A stretch of DNA of 64,000 nt from Spizellomyces punctatus DAOM BR117 (lineage: Eukaryota). Made by a program: the position numbers and the translations under genes. Shown piece by piece: positions 37,322 through 52,663 of the stretch (within the stretch, counting starts at the first letter, position 1; each line of letters begins with the position of its first letter). Below the pieces are notes generated by a model. That model made no database searches. It worked only from the letters and a program-made list of their open reading frames with translations, and was not told the origin of the DNA. The DNA is taken from assembly GCA_000182565.2 (NCBI GenBank), contig KQ257456.1; one strand, 5' to 3'.

Positions 37322-37970
37322 AAGAGTGTTCGGCAACGTTTTGGTAAGATGCATACTGAGACTGATATCCTTTTTTGCGATAATTTGGGAGAACAAGCAG
37401 AGTAGGATCGCTTTATATGCTTTCGATATGCACCTTCCATTCATCACAAGCCCGGGGTGGCAGAGGATGTGACGCGAATCAGTTGACCTTTGTCGACCCT
37501 GCTCACCAAGGCAAGGGATCTATCACGATCCCCCGCGTTTCGTGACGTCCCGGGCAGAAGGCTCCAGCAACAACGCCATAGCAGCAGACCTGCTCGCATC
37601 ATACCAATAACATGTACTGGATGTGAAATATCGTTGTTTCCATACCCTGAGACTTGACTGCAGTCGACCACTCGTATAGGCTTATATCCAAAAACGCTGA
37701 CGAGATTCAAAACGAGAGCGATACTGCTTACGCTAGCAAATCACGTGATGGACATAAAAGGCTAAATGATGAAATGACCGCTTCCAGCCGGCCTTGCAGC
37801 AAGTCGGATTTTGCACCAGAGATTTGGGGACGTTGAGATCTGAACACGCTTTGGACATTGAGAACGGCGAGTAAGGTAGACGGTCATTTCTGTGCAGTAC
37901 GTTGGCTCTGCTGAGCGTTTCTACCAGCCATTGCTGACATTTCATGTGCTATCAGCACGACTGCTCTTGA

Positions 37971-39902
<1,932 letters not shown>

Positions 39903-40302
39903 GTTGGCTGCAAGAGGAGGGGGGACTGTGCATGCATTTATTGTGTGCCAGGTCGGTAGGTGTCAACACATACTAATAGATTATCGAAAATCCAAAGACT
40001 CAGCGTCGTATTTCATGAGTGGCAGTATGCTGAGGACAAAACAGAGGACCGCCATGAAAAGACCAAGGGGCACCGTGGACGGGTCCCATTAAATGATAAG
40101 GGAAGACATGCCAGTAAAATGATTTGCCACGTCCGCCAAAAGCTGCAATCTGCTGCCATACAGCAGTTGGAATGTTGGAATGTTGTATAGTTCTGCATCT
40201 ATGTACACGGTGAAATCGGGACACTGAGCGTGCTCGATTTCACTAATCTTAAGTCTATGGAGCGAATATTAACAGATATCTAGCATCACGATGGACGCTG
40301 GT

Positions 40303-41229
40303 TCATCGGACATTGTCCTCTCCAACATCTTTTCTCAGCGTTCCAACTGTCTCTCGCAGCTCGCCAACCTGTGACTCTAGAATCTTTAATCTAATATTTA
40401 ACCTCTTCCTATACTCGATATCCCACGCATTTAGCAGTGGGCTGGTCCAATCCGGTAGATCCACATTCGCATTGATCTTATCCCTCGCCCAAACGAACAA
40501 GGATCCCACAGGATCGATTTCTGCCGCTGGCGCTGGTTTGGCACTCGGATCTGGGCGGAGAATCTCCATTTGCCAAAATCGAGAAAGAGAGAACCCTTGG
40601 TCTCGGTCAGGGATAGGAGACTGGTTGTCAATACGTTGTTGCAAGGCGGTGCGTAGCCGCCATTGTCGGCCGACGAGATAGAGAGTTTGACCACCGCAAG
40701 CCAGTAAGGAGTACATGAGGGAGCCCGAGAGTAGCGCACGGGGACCACCTAAATGGTAATATTGGATCAGTTACAAAATATGTGCTGCTTTTTCCTTTGC
40801 ACATATACATACGCCATATCAGGCCCATGCCTGCTCCAACAATAGCACCAGATGTGATACTTGATATTAGTTCATCTTTATCCCGCATCCTGAAGCTATC
40901 TACTCCCTCTGCCGCGTTTTTCTGATATCGGTAATGAAGCACAGCTTCTCTAATACCTGTTACATTGCGGATAAGTTAGCAATCCACTATACTTGTGGCA
41001 TTAGAGAAGAGTCCAGAAAGGTCAACATACCAAAAAACGGCGCGAACGCGAGGACCCAATTTGTTCCCATGCTGAAAGCCCATGCTAGCCGACTTTGACC
41101 TCGTACGGCGGCGAATATGGCGCCCAGCGTAGAACCTGTCAGCCCTGCAACCGCGGTGCTTTGCAGTACAAACATGGTAGAGTTCCGTTCGGGTGCATAC
41201 GGTGATGTGGAATGCACCTGGGTATCCAT
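40303..41229 (-). CDS. Tim17/Tim22/Tim23-family inner-membrane protein (3 exons)
   Basis: Four Gly-rich hydrophobic segments: AVAGLTGSTLGAIFA, AFSMGTNWVLAFAPFFG, SSITSGAIVGAGMGLIWRGG, LLSGSLMYSLLACGGQ. Coiled-coil-like C-terminus. Confidence 0.65.
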
Positions 41230-41388
41230 GTTCGCCAAGGTCCCGCAATGACATACAAAGAATGTCTTACGCAACGATACAGAAAAAAGGTGTAGAACCT
41301 AGCGCAGCTGTCTGGCAGCAAATGATCGACGAAGGCAAATGGGCTACGAGATCACTCTCAAGCCTCAATTGCACTGCTTGCAGATCGC

Positions 41389-41402
41389 GTAGCCATAGCA
41401 AC
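41389..41402. promoter_or_regulatory. RFX X-box, exact consensus match, in the Tim17-like/MRPL23 divergent promoter
   Basis: GTAGCCATAGCAAC matches GTNRCCATRGNAAC exactly. Confidence 0.55.
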
Positions 41403-41475
41403 TAGCTGGAGGGGAAAGCGTCGAGGAGGACTTTTAGCACTCGATCCGTCCTTTGTTTGACCGAAATCCCTCAAC

Positions 41476-42033
41476 ATGCCTTCACGCCTACTACGTAAGT
41501 GAGAATGGGTCTTACTGCTATTTATACAGCTGCTGATTCTGCTTTTCCGTTTGACACATTTAGCGGGGCAAAAGCTCTTTTTTCCCAACGTTGTTTTCCG
41601 ACTCCTCCGCTCCAACCTCCCACCCCACCAATGCGTTTTCCGCTGCCCACCCCAGCTAAACAAAATAGATATAACATCATACCTGCAAAACCTGTATAAT
41701 ATTACAGTTACCGACGTTCGAACAATGAACTACTTGGGCCGGACGTACAAAACTCGTTACGGGGGCCGGGAAACAACAGCAAACTATAAAAAGGTTATAG
41801 TTTCCATGGAAGAGGATTTCAATTTCCCACCACCTCCACCAACAAAGCTTGGCGCTTCTGTGGAGGGTGATGCGGCAATCAAGTTGCCACCACGAGGCTC
41901 ATTTGGAAGGAACTCTGCAAACAAGTATCGACACAAGATCGAGGAGGGCCGACCAAAGGGCGTCGGAGGCCATGTGAGAAAGGCGATGGAGGTTGCAAAG
42001 GCGGCAAAGGAGGCGACGAAGGAGGTAGCATAG
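41476..42033 (+). CDS. MRPL23: Mitochondrial ribosomal protein uL23m (Mrp20), 2 exons
   Basis: MPSRLLPGQKLFFPNVVFRL...VFRCPPQLNKIDITSYLQNLYNITVTDVRTMNY...YKKVIVSMEEDFNFP. Confidence 0.9.
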
Positions 42034-43313
42034 GTACAGGCTGGCATTTAGACGCATTGTTTACAGTAACATTGTTTATTTCGCAAACTCTACATGGATT
42101 GCGCCCAAATCCGACAGGCTTGGCAGATCTTGATGTTCTGGGTATATTCGTGTGGAGGTCGAGCCAACAACATGATGTCAGAGGGCTTTGAGTCTACATG
42201 CATAGTGCATTGCACATTGTCACATTGCTTAACCGTTTGTGATAGTGAGAGGAGTAGTGTAGAGGTGACAGAAACTGGCACTAGCTACTACACCAGGGAA
42301 TAAACCAGCGTAAACTGGCTCGTAAAAGCTAACTAACTACTACTAGGCAATTATACATGCAATACGTAACGGTTCTAAACCAGATAATTGCCCACCACCA
42401 CATGTGGTCCCTACTAGGCCTTGATCCAGAACTCTTGATGGCATTGAAGCCAGAGTCTTTGCAACATTGGGGAGACTTGCAAGCTGGAGGATGTTCAGTG
42501 ACAAGGCTTGGAGACTAGAGAAAAAAACTGCATGTCAGAAGATGACCCGATGACAAGAAATGCAAGAAATGCCATTGATACATACCAACCAAGCTCAACT
42601 AATGTGGCAGTATAATAGTAGGTTTTGTTATCAGATCCGATTGGTTGCCGCTGGTTCTGATCACGGTTGCTCTCGGGTGGTTCGAGGTCCTCAGCACCAC
42701 CACATCAGCGTTCTCATGATTGATGACAAGCGGGGTATGCCCATGCCTCAAATACTTGATAGTTGATTGCGCTATGAATCAAGAATGCAACAACAAGCTG
42801 ACAAACTCATAATCGTCAGATACGAGACAGCATCAGTGGAAAAGACAAGGATGAACAGTACGAGCGACAAGGTTCAGACCCGAGACAAGGCGGAATTTCT
42901 GCAAATAAAAGGGTAATTGCCAAAGGCCCCTCCTTCACTTTCTTGCTATCGCACTGCTGGCTGCCCTTCTACTCGACTTGCTTGAAAGAAACCGACAAGT
43001 TCCATCTGGTCAAAAAAGGGTTTTAGAAAATCCCCCATTTTAAATGGCTGCTCACGCGTCCCAAAAGACCCGAATTAAAAGGCCACTTGTGCTAGGCCGG
43101 CAGCTGTTTCCATTTCTCGCTTTCCACTTTCAAAAGATCTTACAAAAAAACAATAAACTATTAGGATAACTAGAGTAGCTCTCAGCCGGCATTGGACATT
43201 TACTCCTACGGTAGTCTCAGTGTGTATTCCCAACGCTTAACGGTCTCTGCAGCCGCAAGGTTGTTGCCGCTTCATTGAACACCCTATTCCCGGGACCTCG
43301 ATTGTGACCGCAA

Positions 43314-46108
43314 ATGCCCGATAAACAAATAACGGCATTCATAGCAGACATTCTACGCTTTGGTCTAGAGCGACTTTCGCTAGTGCCTGCAGACAAGAGG
43401 TCCTTTGAGGTTCAGGATGCCATTGCCGCACAGGTAGGTACAGTTACGCCACCCTTCGCTGCTCCATTGTCAGAGGTCATGAGTTGCGGGGACATTCTAC
43501 CAATCTTATCTCACCACAATTGTCTCTTGATAATGTTGGTCTGTCACTTAGGAACTAGCGGTGGATGTTCTCTCCAGCATTGGTGCCGTTGATTCCACGC
43601 CACCCTCGACATCGGTGATTGAAGAAATTGAAACGGTCCCAGCTGTCGAGGACGGAATCACCGCCGATCAGAATGTTCCTACTGAAAGACCATCAATAGA
43701 GGAATCAGACATATCGGAAAACCAGCATTGGAATCGAGCTGTAGTCCTGGCAAGGTCTATTGGAATGGGTGGCTCGCCGCGGAAAGAAAACAAGCCCGAT
43801 AAGCAGAATCTGAATGCAATCGCTTCGCATCTACCCCATGAGCTTCTCTTGCATATATTTGAATGGGTTGATGAACTGCCGACGCTATATTCATGCAGTT
43901 TGGTGAGCCGGTACTGGAACCCTGTTGCACAAGAAGTGTTATGGCGTGAGGTCCTCCTTGACAATGCCCCAAGACTACGACGATTTGTTCGTGGCGTAGC
44001 CTTCAGTGCTACACCGCGGGTGGCTCGCCGCTCAGCGAGGACTCGTGCGGGACTGGTGCCAAAAAATTTCGGTGAAGTCCCAAAGGCATTTGAAGAACTG
44101 GGCGAGTTGATCAAACCTGGGTTGATGAATATTGCCAATGGGGCGAGTAGGCGATTTGGGGTTGGATCAAAGCCTACTACATTGACACCATCGGAAGGAG
44201 AGACACACCCTGCAATGCTCAAAGTCATCGCGGAACGACCGCCTCTGGTCATAAATAAACCGCCAGTAGGGCGGTTATGTGGACTGGGGAGCATGGTCAA
44301 GAAGCTGGTAGTGTCGAGCAGCGAACAAAAGGTAATCCTTCTGCAGCATGTGAGCAACTTACTGAACAATCTGCAAAGGTATGGTGACTATAAACCGGTT
44401 CTTGGTCAGCCAGGGTAAAATTAATATTCTACACAGCCTACAATTTCAACACCTAAATATTGAAGGCTCGGGCCCGTCATTAGACGCAAGGATCCTGAAT
44501 TCCCTTGAAACCCTCATCGACCGTGTTTGCTCTCTCACGATTGAAGATGTGGACTCCCCATGCTGGCCAGATCTTTGTCGCATCCTACGAGAACACGGAG
44601 GGCGGCTACGTAACCTGAATATTGAGGCGGTTTCGGAGATTGACGCTTTCGAAAGCAGTTCGGATCTATCGGATGTATTTCCAAGCATGCCTGGATTGGA
44701 GTTTGTCCGGTTAGATGGGATCCCTGTTGGACCGAATGCCAGTATCGAGAGATTGGTCTCTAGCTGTGGATGTTTACAAGCTGTTACTTTGGATTATTGT
44801 TTGGATGTCACGGTAGGTTGCGGTTTGTGGAGGTACCCTCACACAGATCACAAGTGTCTCACGTGGTGACATTGTAGATGGATATTCTTATGGTCCTCTG
44901 GAATGGCTGTCCGCAGCTAAATTTCCTCGGACTGGCAGGCGTGGTGGGACCGTTGAGTTCACCTTTGCAGTTGGAACAGCGTCCGTCATTGAAAACGTTG
45001 CGGTTGGTTGATTGCGATGTTTCAGACGAGATGGTATGTGTGTTGCATAATCCGCATGTCAAACAATCAATAGCAACCTCACTCTTCGCTTGTATAGTTT
45101 GAAGAGATGGCTTTGAAAGCGACGGGATTGGAAATGCTTCGCCTTGTGTTTGAGGATGATGGATGTGAAGGCATTGTGACCGTGTCCAATGAGCTCACGG
45201 ATCGAACCCTTGACGCGCTCTCGACACACAGCACAACACTCCGCATCGTTGCATTAACCCGATGTCCCAACATGACTGCCAAAGCTCTCTCTCGTGTAAT
45301 CCGAAATAACCCAGTCAGCACTCTAGACCTACACAAGCATCCAGATTGCTCAATTGGCGGAGTTGACGATAAGTTTTTGAGGGAGCTTGGAACCTCGGTG
45401 AAAAAGGTCCGTGTACTTAACCTTTATGGACAACTCGACCTGACCGAGCAATGTATCGTGGAAGTCGCGAGGAATGGGGCTTGGACAGGGTTAAGAAGTT
45501 TATCATTAAATAACTTGACGGTGGGTCCAAGTGTATTGGACACTCTCCGCGTGGGATGTCCAGCATTGGAAGTGTTGAGTTTGGTTGATTGCCCAAAGAT
45601 TGCAGCGGAGGCGATAAGAGGGTTTGTAGAGGGTGTCTCCGTTGCTCATATGCGGGTCATAGAGGAAGTCAGTGGGCGATCTGATAAGAGTGATGTGGAC
45701 ACGGAGAGTTCGGTTGGCGCAAGTTCTGGAGAGGGCTCTGGAAGTTCATCAGAACCTGCAAAGGAAATATTGCCGACTCCATCTTCCACTTCAGCAGATG
45801 TAGCATCTGTTCCCGGTCCTGGCGCAACTGCGTCATCATCATCATCATTACCACCGTCACCATCACCATTATCTTCCGCCCACTTGCATCGACGATTCCC
45901 CATCCGTACGTTACCGTCCTTTGATTCGCCCCCTGCACCGCCTTCCCCGCTACGAAAGCTACGAAGAGTCTACACACTGGCGCTCGATACGGAAGAAACC
46001 AGTGTTGTTAAGCGACGCGATGCGTGGTTTGTCGATGAAGGGCTGGATATATTGAGTCTGTGGGAGAATGCGGTGCGAGGTCTCGCAGGGAGGGGATGGG
46101 TGTTTTGA
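43314..46108 (+). CDS. F-box / leucine-rich-repeat (RNI-like) protein, multi-exon
   Basis: F-box LPHELLLHIFEWV...LYSCSLVSRYWNPVAQEVLW. Cys-containing LRRs LQAVTLDYC, LKTLRLVDC, LRIVALTRCP, LEVLSLVDCP. Ser/Pro-rich segment near the C-terminus. Confidence 0.85.
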
Positions 46109-46468
46109 ACACTTGATTGATTAACCTGTGAAGATGATACCAAATTCAATTGGGGTGACGGCTGGGCTTGGGTTTATTTAGATGTGTGAGATTCCCCTTT
46201 CTGTTTCTCTGTGTCGCATTTTTGTGGATATCCCTGGAAAGGACTGTATAATAGTGTAAAAACTGGACGTTGTCTCTCTGCCCGTGGAAGGCGCAAAATG
46301 GATCTCTCAAGTGCAGAGTATGTTATCCAAAGAGTGGTTCACTTTACTGAGAGCGGTTTCAATTTATGTCATAGGCATTTGATGGCCAGCCACTAATACT
46401 CAATCATGAAGTCTATTATCCATGTATGTACGATATATGCCACTGATGAACATTTATCAGGTAAATAG

Positions 46469-48366
46469 TTACGCGGTCATTTTGGCCTTGTGAGCATGCC
46501 TGCTCCATTCGTCTTCATCCAACCAAACCGGTGCCAATACATTCATAACGCCGGGGTGAACTTCCACCCTTACAGGGGACGCAGAAATCTTCTCCCCACT
46601 GACATCCAACCATTTGTCTTCCTTTCGATCTGTGACTCCATCCTTGTTCCAAGACCATCCATGCGGTTCAAGTACAAGTGCGCGAACCCGACTGGTTTTT
46701 ATAAACGGAAACTGGAGATATTTACCGGATTCCGGATCCGCAACAGATTGTAGAGCTTGTACCGAAGACATGGTTTCAGAGTACACAACCTCGAGCGCAC
46801 CGTCTGCTAGACGGCTCGATGGTGCGGCCAGAAAATCGGACGAAATCCAGGGTAAATTCGTGGCCAAAAAGTAGGTAAAAGTTGTTGAGATGATTTGGGG
46901 CCAATGTTCGTGCTGTAATGGGTCAGAGGTATAAAGGCGAGGAGGGCCCAATGCTGAAGGCTGCGTTGATGATGAGGGAGATTTTCGGTATTGATCCGCT
47001 TGATTGACAGGGAGAAGGTAGAGCTTTCCGTGGTATGTGCGTAATCGAAGGATACGGATGATGGCGGCCACTGTCATGCGGTCGCCACCCATCCATCGAT
47101 AACTTTCGGATTCAAAGTCCACGTCGGCAAGAAGTGCCCACATGAGTTGAAGATGAGAATACATGACGGTTTCGTTCTGGGTTACGGAGAAAACATCCAT
47201 TGGACGCGTCTGGCCTGTGCAGTGATATGGGTTAATGAAATGCGCTTATACACTGCACCAAACCGTCTAAGTACCTTTGATGACACTAAGAGCTGCAAGC
47301 TCTGGAAACATTGTATCGAGATTCTTGCTCATTGCGTTTGCTGACCCTATTGAAATCAACCGCGAAACAGCACATTAAATCATTGACTCGCCATCAATAC
47401 CAATCGAATATGTAAGCCTTACCGCTTCCCACGATGCCAACGGGCAACGTTCTTGCTTGCTCCCAGTCAGGCCTCGTCAACAACCCGTTGATCAGCTCAT
47501 GGAAAACACCATCTCCGCTAATCGTGATAGCCGCGCTGTACTGGTCCAAGGGTAACGTTCGTGCAATTTCCGTGGCATGTTCTGTAGCTTGGGTTTCTGA
47601 TTGGGACATGATTAAATCTAGAGTTCAACACTGTTTTCCGACTCCTGAAATGTACCATGCAAATCGATCTTCAATCCTGCTATCTGAAACATGGGTTGGA
47701 CAACATGTTCATAAATGTGTTTGGCCTTTTTTGTTCCTCCAAAGGGATTTATGAGGACAAGTATCTTCTTGCTTACTGAAGACAAAGAAGGAGGACCAGA
47801 GATCAGAACACAAGAAGGTGTTCACATCATTTTCTAGTACTCACATTGTCCGAGTCCCGCCGCCGCGATCACCGCCTCGACGCATTGTCGTGCACCTGCG
47901 TTCTTGCTCTGAAGCAAGATTTGTCGTATCCCCGGTTGCTTATCTTTTCGTCCCCGAGACAATTCTACGGCATGGAGAAGCCAGAATGACGAGTTTCCCG
48001 GGGCATTATTTGCTTGAATGGCCTCCAAGCCCCTACGAAGCACTGCAGAACTATGCAGAGTTCGCACGGACTGGGTTGGGTTCGACACAACGGTTGCGCC
48101 AAAAATGAAGGTTGCCTGAATGTTTATTACTGGAGAAGGGTTACATATTAGTTACAGCCAGTGCCAAGGAGCGCAAAACTCTCGGCATGGCTCGCGTTTG
48201 AGCCGCATAGCCTACCATTTCCTGTTGCCGTTGTCCACGACACGCCATTCTCTGATACGTTTAGATCCGCTTCCACAGGATAAATTGAACGCGTAGAAGG
48301 GATGCAGCCCAACGTCGTGGGCGACGCCTCATTGTCCCAGTGGACAATGACGGTATCGCTGAACAT
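46469..48366 (-). CDS. Sphingosine / sphingoid long-chain-base kinase (Lcb4/Lcb5/SPHK family), multi-exon
   Basis: VLINPFGGTKKA, SGDGVFHELINGLLTRPDW, GSANAM, WALLADVDFESESYRWMG, AAPSSRLADG, LDVSGE. Confidence 0.88.
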
Positions 48367-48710
48367 GCAGGCAATGGAAACGAAACGGGCAGGAGAATGG
48401 AGCAGATCCCAGCGGAACTTGTGGAACTGGGCGGAACGGATGATGACTGAACCGGGTGGTTCCAATCAAGAAGCCACTGCTGACTCAGCTGATTCCATCC
48501 GATTTGTAGTTAGCCCGATCACCTTTATATCTCTTCCTACATACGTTGCAGCAAATATTTGGATTCTTCCAAATTGTAGAAGACAACATGGGGATACGGT
48601 ACAGAGATGAGAAACACACAGTTCGAAAACCGATATGCTTCAAAGGGCCAACGCTGCCCGCAACCAAAAACACAACGTTGCTCGTTCATGGGGACGAAGC
48701 TGTGCCATCT

Positions 48711-48724
48711 ATTACCATGCCAAC
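48711..48724. promoter_or_regulatory. X-box-like element upstream of SEM1
   Basis: ATTACCATGCCAAC (reverse complement GTTGGCATGGTAAT), about 60 nt before the ATG. Confidence 0.4.
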
Positions 48725-48786
48725 AGCGAGATGACCTGCACTTACACACGACATCTAGCCCTTCTCCCAGCGATCGACACCAAAAA

Positions 48787-49177
48787 ATGTCAATACCACA
48801 GCAACAGCAACCTCCGAAGCCCCCGCAGCTCTCTGCACTGGAGGAGGACGACGAGTTTGAAGACTTTGCTATCGAAAGTTAGTGGCCACGCCTTGCTTTG
48901 AGACGCTGTGGGGTGTTTTAACGTGAACAATGTGTAGACTGGACAGAGGCAGACGAAGATCACGAAGACGCTCTGCTATGGGACGATAATTGGGACGATG
49001 AAGACCTGAACGATGAATTTACGCGGCAATTAAGGTATGTTAACAATGGGAGTCGGTGAGGAGAATCGTTCTCGTTGCTGACGAAAGACCACCTAATTTT
49101 GTAGAGCCGAGCTCATAAAGCCAGCATCCGATGCCACGTCCGGTCAGCAGCAACAAGCACAACAGCAGCAACAGTAG
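48787..49177 (+). CDS. SEM1: Proteasome lid / TREX-2 / BRCA2 partner Sem1 (DSS1), 3 exons
   Basis: LEEDDEFEDFAIENW...LWDDNWDDEDLNDEFTRQLRAEL, with Gln-rich termini. Confidence 0.95.
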
Positions 49178-49441
49178 AGTACCAAGTAGTTGATCAAATG
49201 CTTCGTTCATGCCAGCTCACGAATGACGGACGTAACACGGTGGACACTCAGTGGGACTGGGCGGACGCGCTACTTTGTTCGCGAGACAAGGAAAAGGAAT
49301 GAGATCGAACGACCGCGGGGATGCCAAGGTGTCCCAAATGACTTTGCACAAACAGTAGATCCCAAGTTGCTTAACAAATTTAAATCCCGATAAATACACC
49401 ACGCAATATACAGCTATCTCCACAAATACACAAGTCTGTGA

Positions 49442-52400
49442 TCATCGCTTCCTCTTGAACCTCTCCTTGGCTCCCAGTTTCTCGTCAGCCTGTGCAGCAT
49501 CGGCACCTAACCCTCCAAACACTCCTTCAGGTATCGCTCGCTTGGCTAATCCCTCTACTTCTGCGCCCTGCTCCATGTTTGCCTCTTCCTCATCCGAGTC
49601 ATCTTCTCCAATCTCAATCTCATCCGGATTCGCGGCGAGGGGCTCCTCGACCGGCGGTGCAGAGACCTTTGGTTCCGTCTTTTTGGCCCGAACGAAACCA
49701 ACGACACGGGTGTTCTTCTGCGAACGCGCCCCTTGATCTTGACCTTCACCCTCCTCGGCTTGAATTCGCCTTGCTTCAGCTTCCAGCTCTTCCATGGTTG
49801 TCGGTGGAGCAGGGACGGCCTCCGGTTCTTCAGTTTGACCCTGCTGACGCGCAGCCAACAGTTGAGCGGAAATGAAATTGACCTCCGTATTATATTTAGC
49901 TTGCACAGAGCGCTTAATCCTGTTAAAATTGTAATCGGTCAACTTTGGTCTCCTGTGATACCAATGACAATGCGACAACCGTTTTCGGCAATACTAACCT
50001 GAGCATTTCCTTGAACGTGTCTTCATTACCATGTTTTACTTCAAAATCATGCCAGATTTTCCAAAACTCGGCATCCATTCGAGGATCGCAAAACTGACTA
50101 CCGTAGGCAAGGATTGCTCTGGCTCGGTCCACCTCCCCAAGTCGGGTCTCCATGTCAGAGAAGCGAACGGACATATCTCTGGCCTGCTTATCTGGCAAGG
50201 CCTCGATCGCCCTCTCATATATCTCACGGGTGGAGGTAAGCCCAAAGTATGACGTCGCCTTGGCAATGTAAATGGTAAACATTTCGTAACGATCCTCATC
50301 CCCTACTGCTCGAGTCGCTCGATCGTAGATACGCATAGCATGCCGGGCCAGTCCATGATCTTCCTCTAACTTAGCGTACATTAGGTATAAAGGCTTGGCG
50401 AACTTTGGTGGCACTTTGTCTACAGCATGTTCAAACAAATCGCGAGCGCGCTCCAGCTTTGTGCCTCCGTAGCGATCAATAAACTTTGTAAGGTAGATGT
50501 TCCAAATATCAAAGGCGATTGGATAGCCAAATAGGTCAATCCCTCGTTCGTACACTCTGTAGCTCTGGAGGACATGTTAGAACAATTGCGCTCCGACAAC
50601 CATTGTCAAGTTTCACTCAAATAGCTCACCTCCTCAAACCACTTATGCTCCTCCAAAAATGCCGCGTAATTGATAATAATCTGGGGCGTTGCAATCTTGA
50701 GTTCCATGATACGGTCATATACAGCACGAGTTCCTTCCATTGTCCCAATAGACTCCTCCAGATCAACATAAAAGGACCAGAGCTTCTGTGATTTGAATAG
50801 TCGTTGCTGGGGCTCCCGGTTCTCATCATTGTACCGAATTGATGCATGGAAAGCAGGTCCTCCCCGCGGTGGCGTTGTTGCCCGACCCATAACATCTAGC
50901 GCACCATCAAAGTTCTCTTGTCGAAGTTCCATTTCTGCCCACTGGCACCACACATCCGCCAATTCGTCCGCCTTTTTATATGGGACGGTGACGGCCTTTT
51001 CAAAAGTTCTCCTAGCAGTATCCAAGTCTCCCTTTTGCTCGTAAAACTCTGCAAAGTGGACCCAAAGGAGACTGAGCTTTCCGGCTGCGCGTTTAGGATG
51101 AATAGTTTCAATCGCTTTGTGATAGGTCTCAATAATCTTCTTTTCATTTTTGCGTTCCTTCCAGAGGTCTACGCGCTTCTCCCACTCAGCAACGTTGTGC
51201 GGGTTCTGGCGAAGTATTACGTCATTAACCAGAAAAGGACGACGCTCCATCAGCTTTTCGAATCGAGCAAGACGAAGGTCAACGTCAACGTCATCAGGTC
51301 CGTCGGCTCCACCATTCTGTGCCAACTCTTGCATCTGCCGCGTTAGCACCGTTTCCTCCATTGCCGCATAAGCATCGAAGACCATAGAGAAATCTCTTAC
51401 TGTCTTCACTTGTCTGATCGCCTCCTCATATACATCGCGCGCTTTTTCCCACTCCTGCTGCAACATCCACCATGTGGCTAGACTATTCCATAGTCTACCG
51501 ACTTGATCAGAGAACCTAGATATACCGCTTCGAATAATGCGATCAACGTCTAGTCTCTCGACACGTTGATCCCTCCTTGTCTCTGGGTCTTCAGTTTCTG
51601 GATTCTCCGTAACTAAGTCACAAAGCTCTGTCCATAGCTGATACTGGCTTTTTCCGTGTCCTGATGTGAACTTTGGATCTTCGACTATAGACGCCAGTAC
51701 CCGGGCAGCTTCCATGTGCCGAGGCGGATCCAGAGATAACAACAATCCCACATATTCTTCTCTCTGTTCTGGTTGCAGCTTGATGTATCTTCGCCACACA
51801 CGTACAGCCGTCTCACCTCCCACCAACTTTGCAAATTTGAGGTATAAATCCCAAACTCGGGTATGTTGTGTGATCGGTAAGGCACGAAGGGCACGGTCGA
51901 ATGTTCTTCGGCACTGTGTCGGCCGGGCTTGATGCATCAGAAATTGACAATACGTGAGCCATATCACAGGGAACTTATTGCAGAGTACCAGACTCCGCTC
52001 AAAGCAACTGTTTACACGCTCCCATTCTCTATCACGAAGATCCCGTATTGGTTTGCGAAGGCCAGTTTCCTTGTTCACAGGACCTTCGAGTAGGCCGCTG
52101 ACACGCAGGTCGAGGTAAGCCTTCCATAGCTTATAGCTGCCAGGAAGATCCTTCACTGCACGTTCATAAATGAAGATACGGCTTTCCATCGGTGCGTCCT
52201 TTTTGTGCTCAATATACCGCAGCCAGCACTTTAAAGTGTAAGGATTTCGCAGGCATTCTTCCTCATGGGCTGTAGTATTCAATGAGTACCTCACTTGCAG
52301 TAAAGTATAACAGAATAGGCAAACACTTACGGATATCCTCTTCCCGGATAAGCAACAAGTACTCTTCTTTTATTTTCTCAGCATTTTGCAATACTACCTC

Positions 52401-52481
52401 ACCATCAAGACCGTTGGATTCGAGATGGTCCTTATCAACGTCCATGGGAACGACAGCATCGTCAACGGCTGTTGGTGCCAT
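49442..52481 (-). CDS. SYF1: Pre-mRNA splicing factor Syf1/XAB2 (HAT repeats), 4 exons
   Basis: LRNPYTLKCWLRYI, LPGSYKLWKAYL, FDRALRALPITQH, LRQNPHNV, LWSFYVDLEES, IATPQIIINYA, KLERARDLFE, FEVKHGNEDTFKEMLRIKRSVQA. Confidence 0.96.
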
Positions 52482-52568
52482 TTCTACACCGGTCACAAGG
52501 GAACTCTCTGAAAGGAAGCAGGGATGTGACGATGGGCTATTCATGCGAGTTGACCAGTCCACGTCGAC

Positions 52569-52583
52569 GTTGCCACTGACAAC
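52569..52583. promoter_or_regulatory. X-box-like element with 3-nt spacer in the SYF1/HAM1 divergent promoter
   Basis: GTTGCC-ACT-GACAAC. Confidence 0.35.
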
Positions 52584-52663
52584 CACAGAGTCGCGCGATG
52601 GCCTTCCCAGCCAGACGCTTTCCCATTCGTCAACCATTCGCCTTGCTTCCACCCTTGCAAAAG

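Noticed and set aside
37365..37374. ATATCCTTTT, a U12-type donor look-alike (similar strings at 4927, 8538 and 39535)
   Set aside because: Each is antisense to the local gene, in non-coding sequence or inside a normal intron, and none is needed to restore a reading frame.
42604..42702. tRNA-like end GGTTCGAGGTCC...CACCACCA
   Set aside because: B-box spacing is off, and I cannot build acceptor, D or anticodon stems.
43668..44369. Long antisense ORFs (233 aa here; others over SCC3, NDUFB3, SRP54 and SYF1)
   Set aside because: They are shadows of real coding exons on the opposite strand, with no independent protein features.
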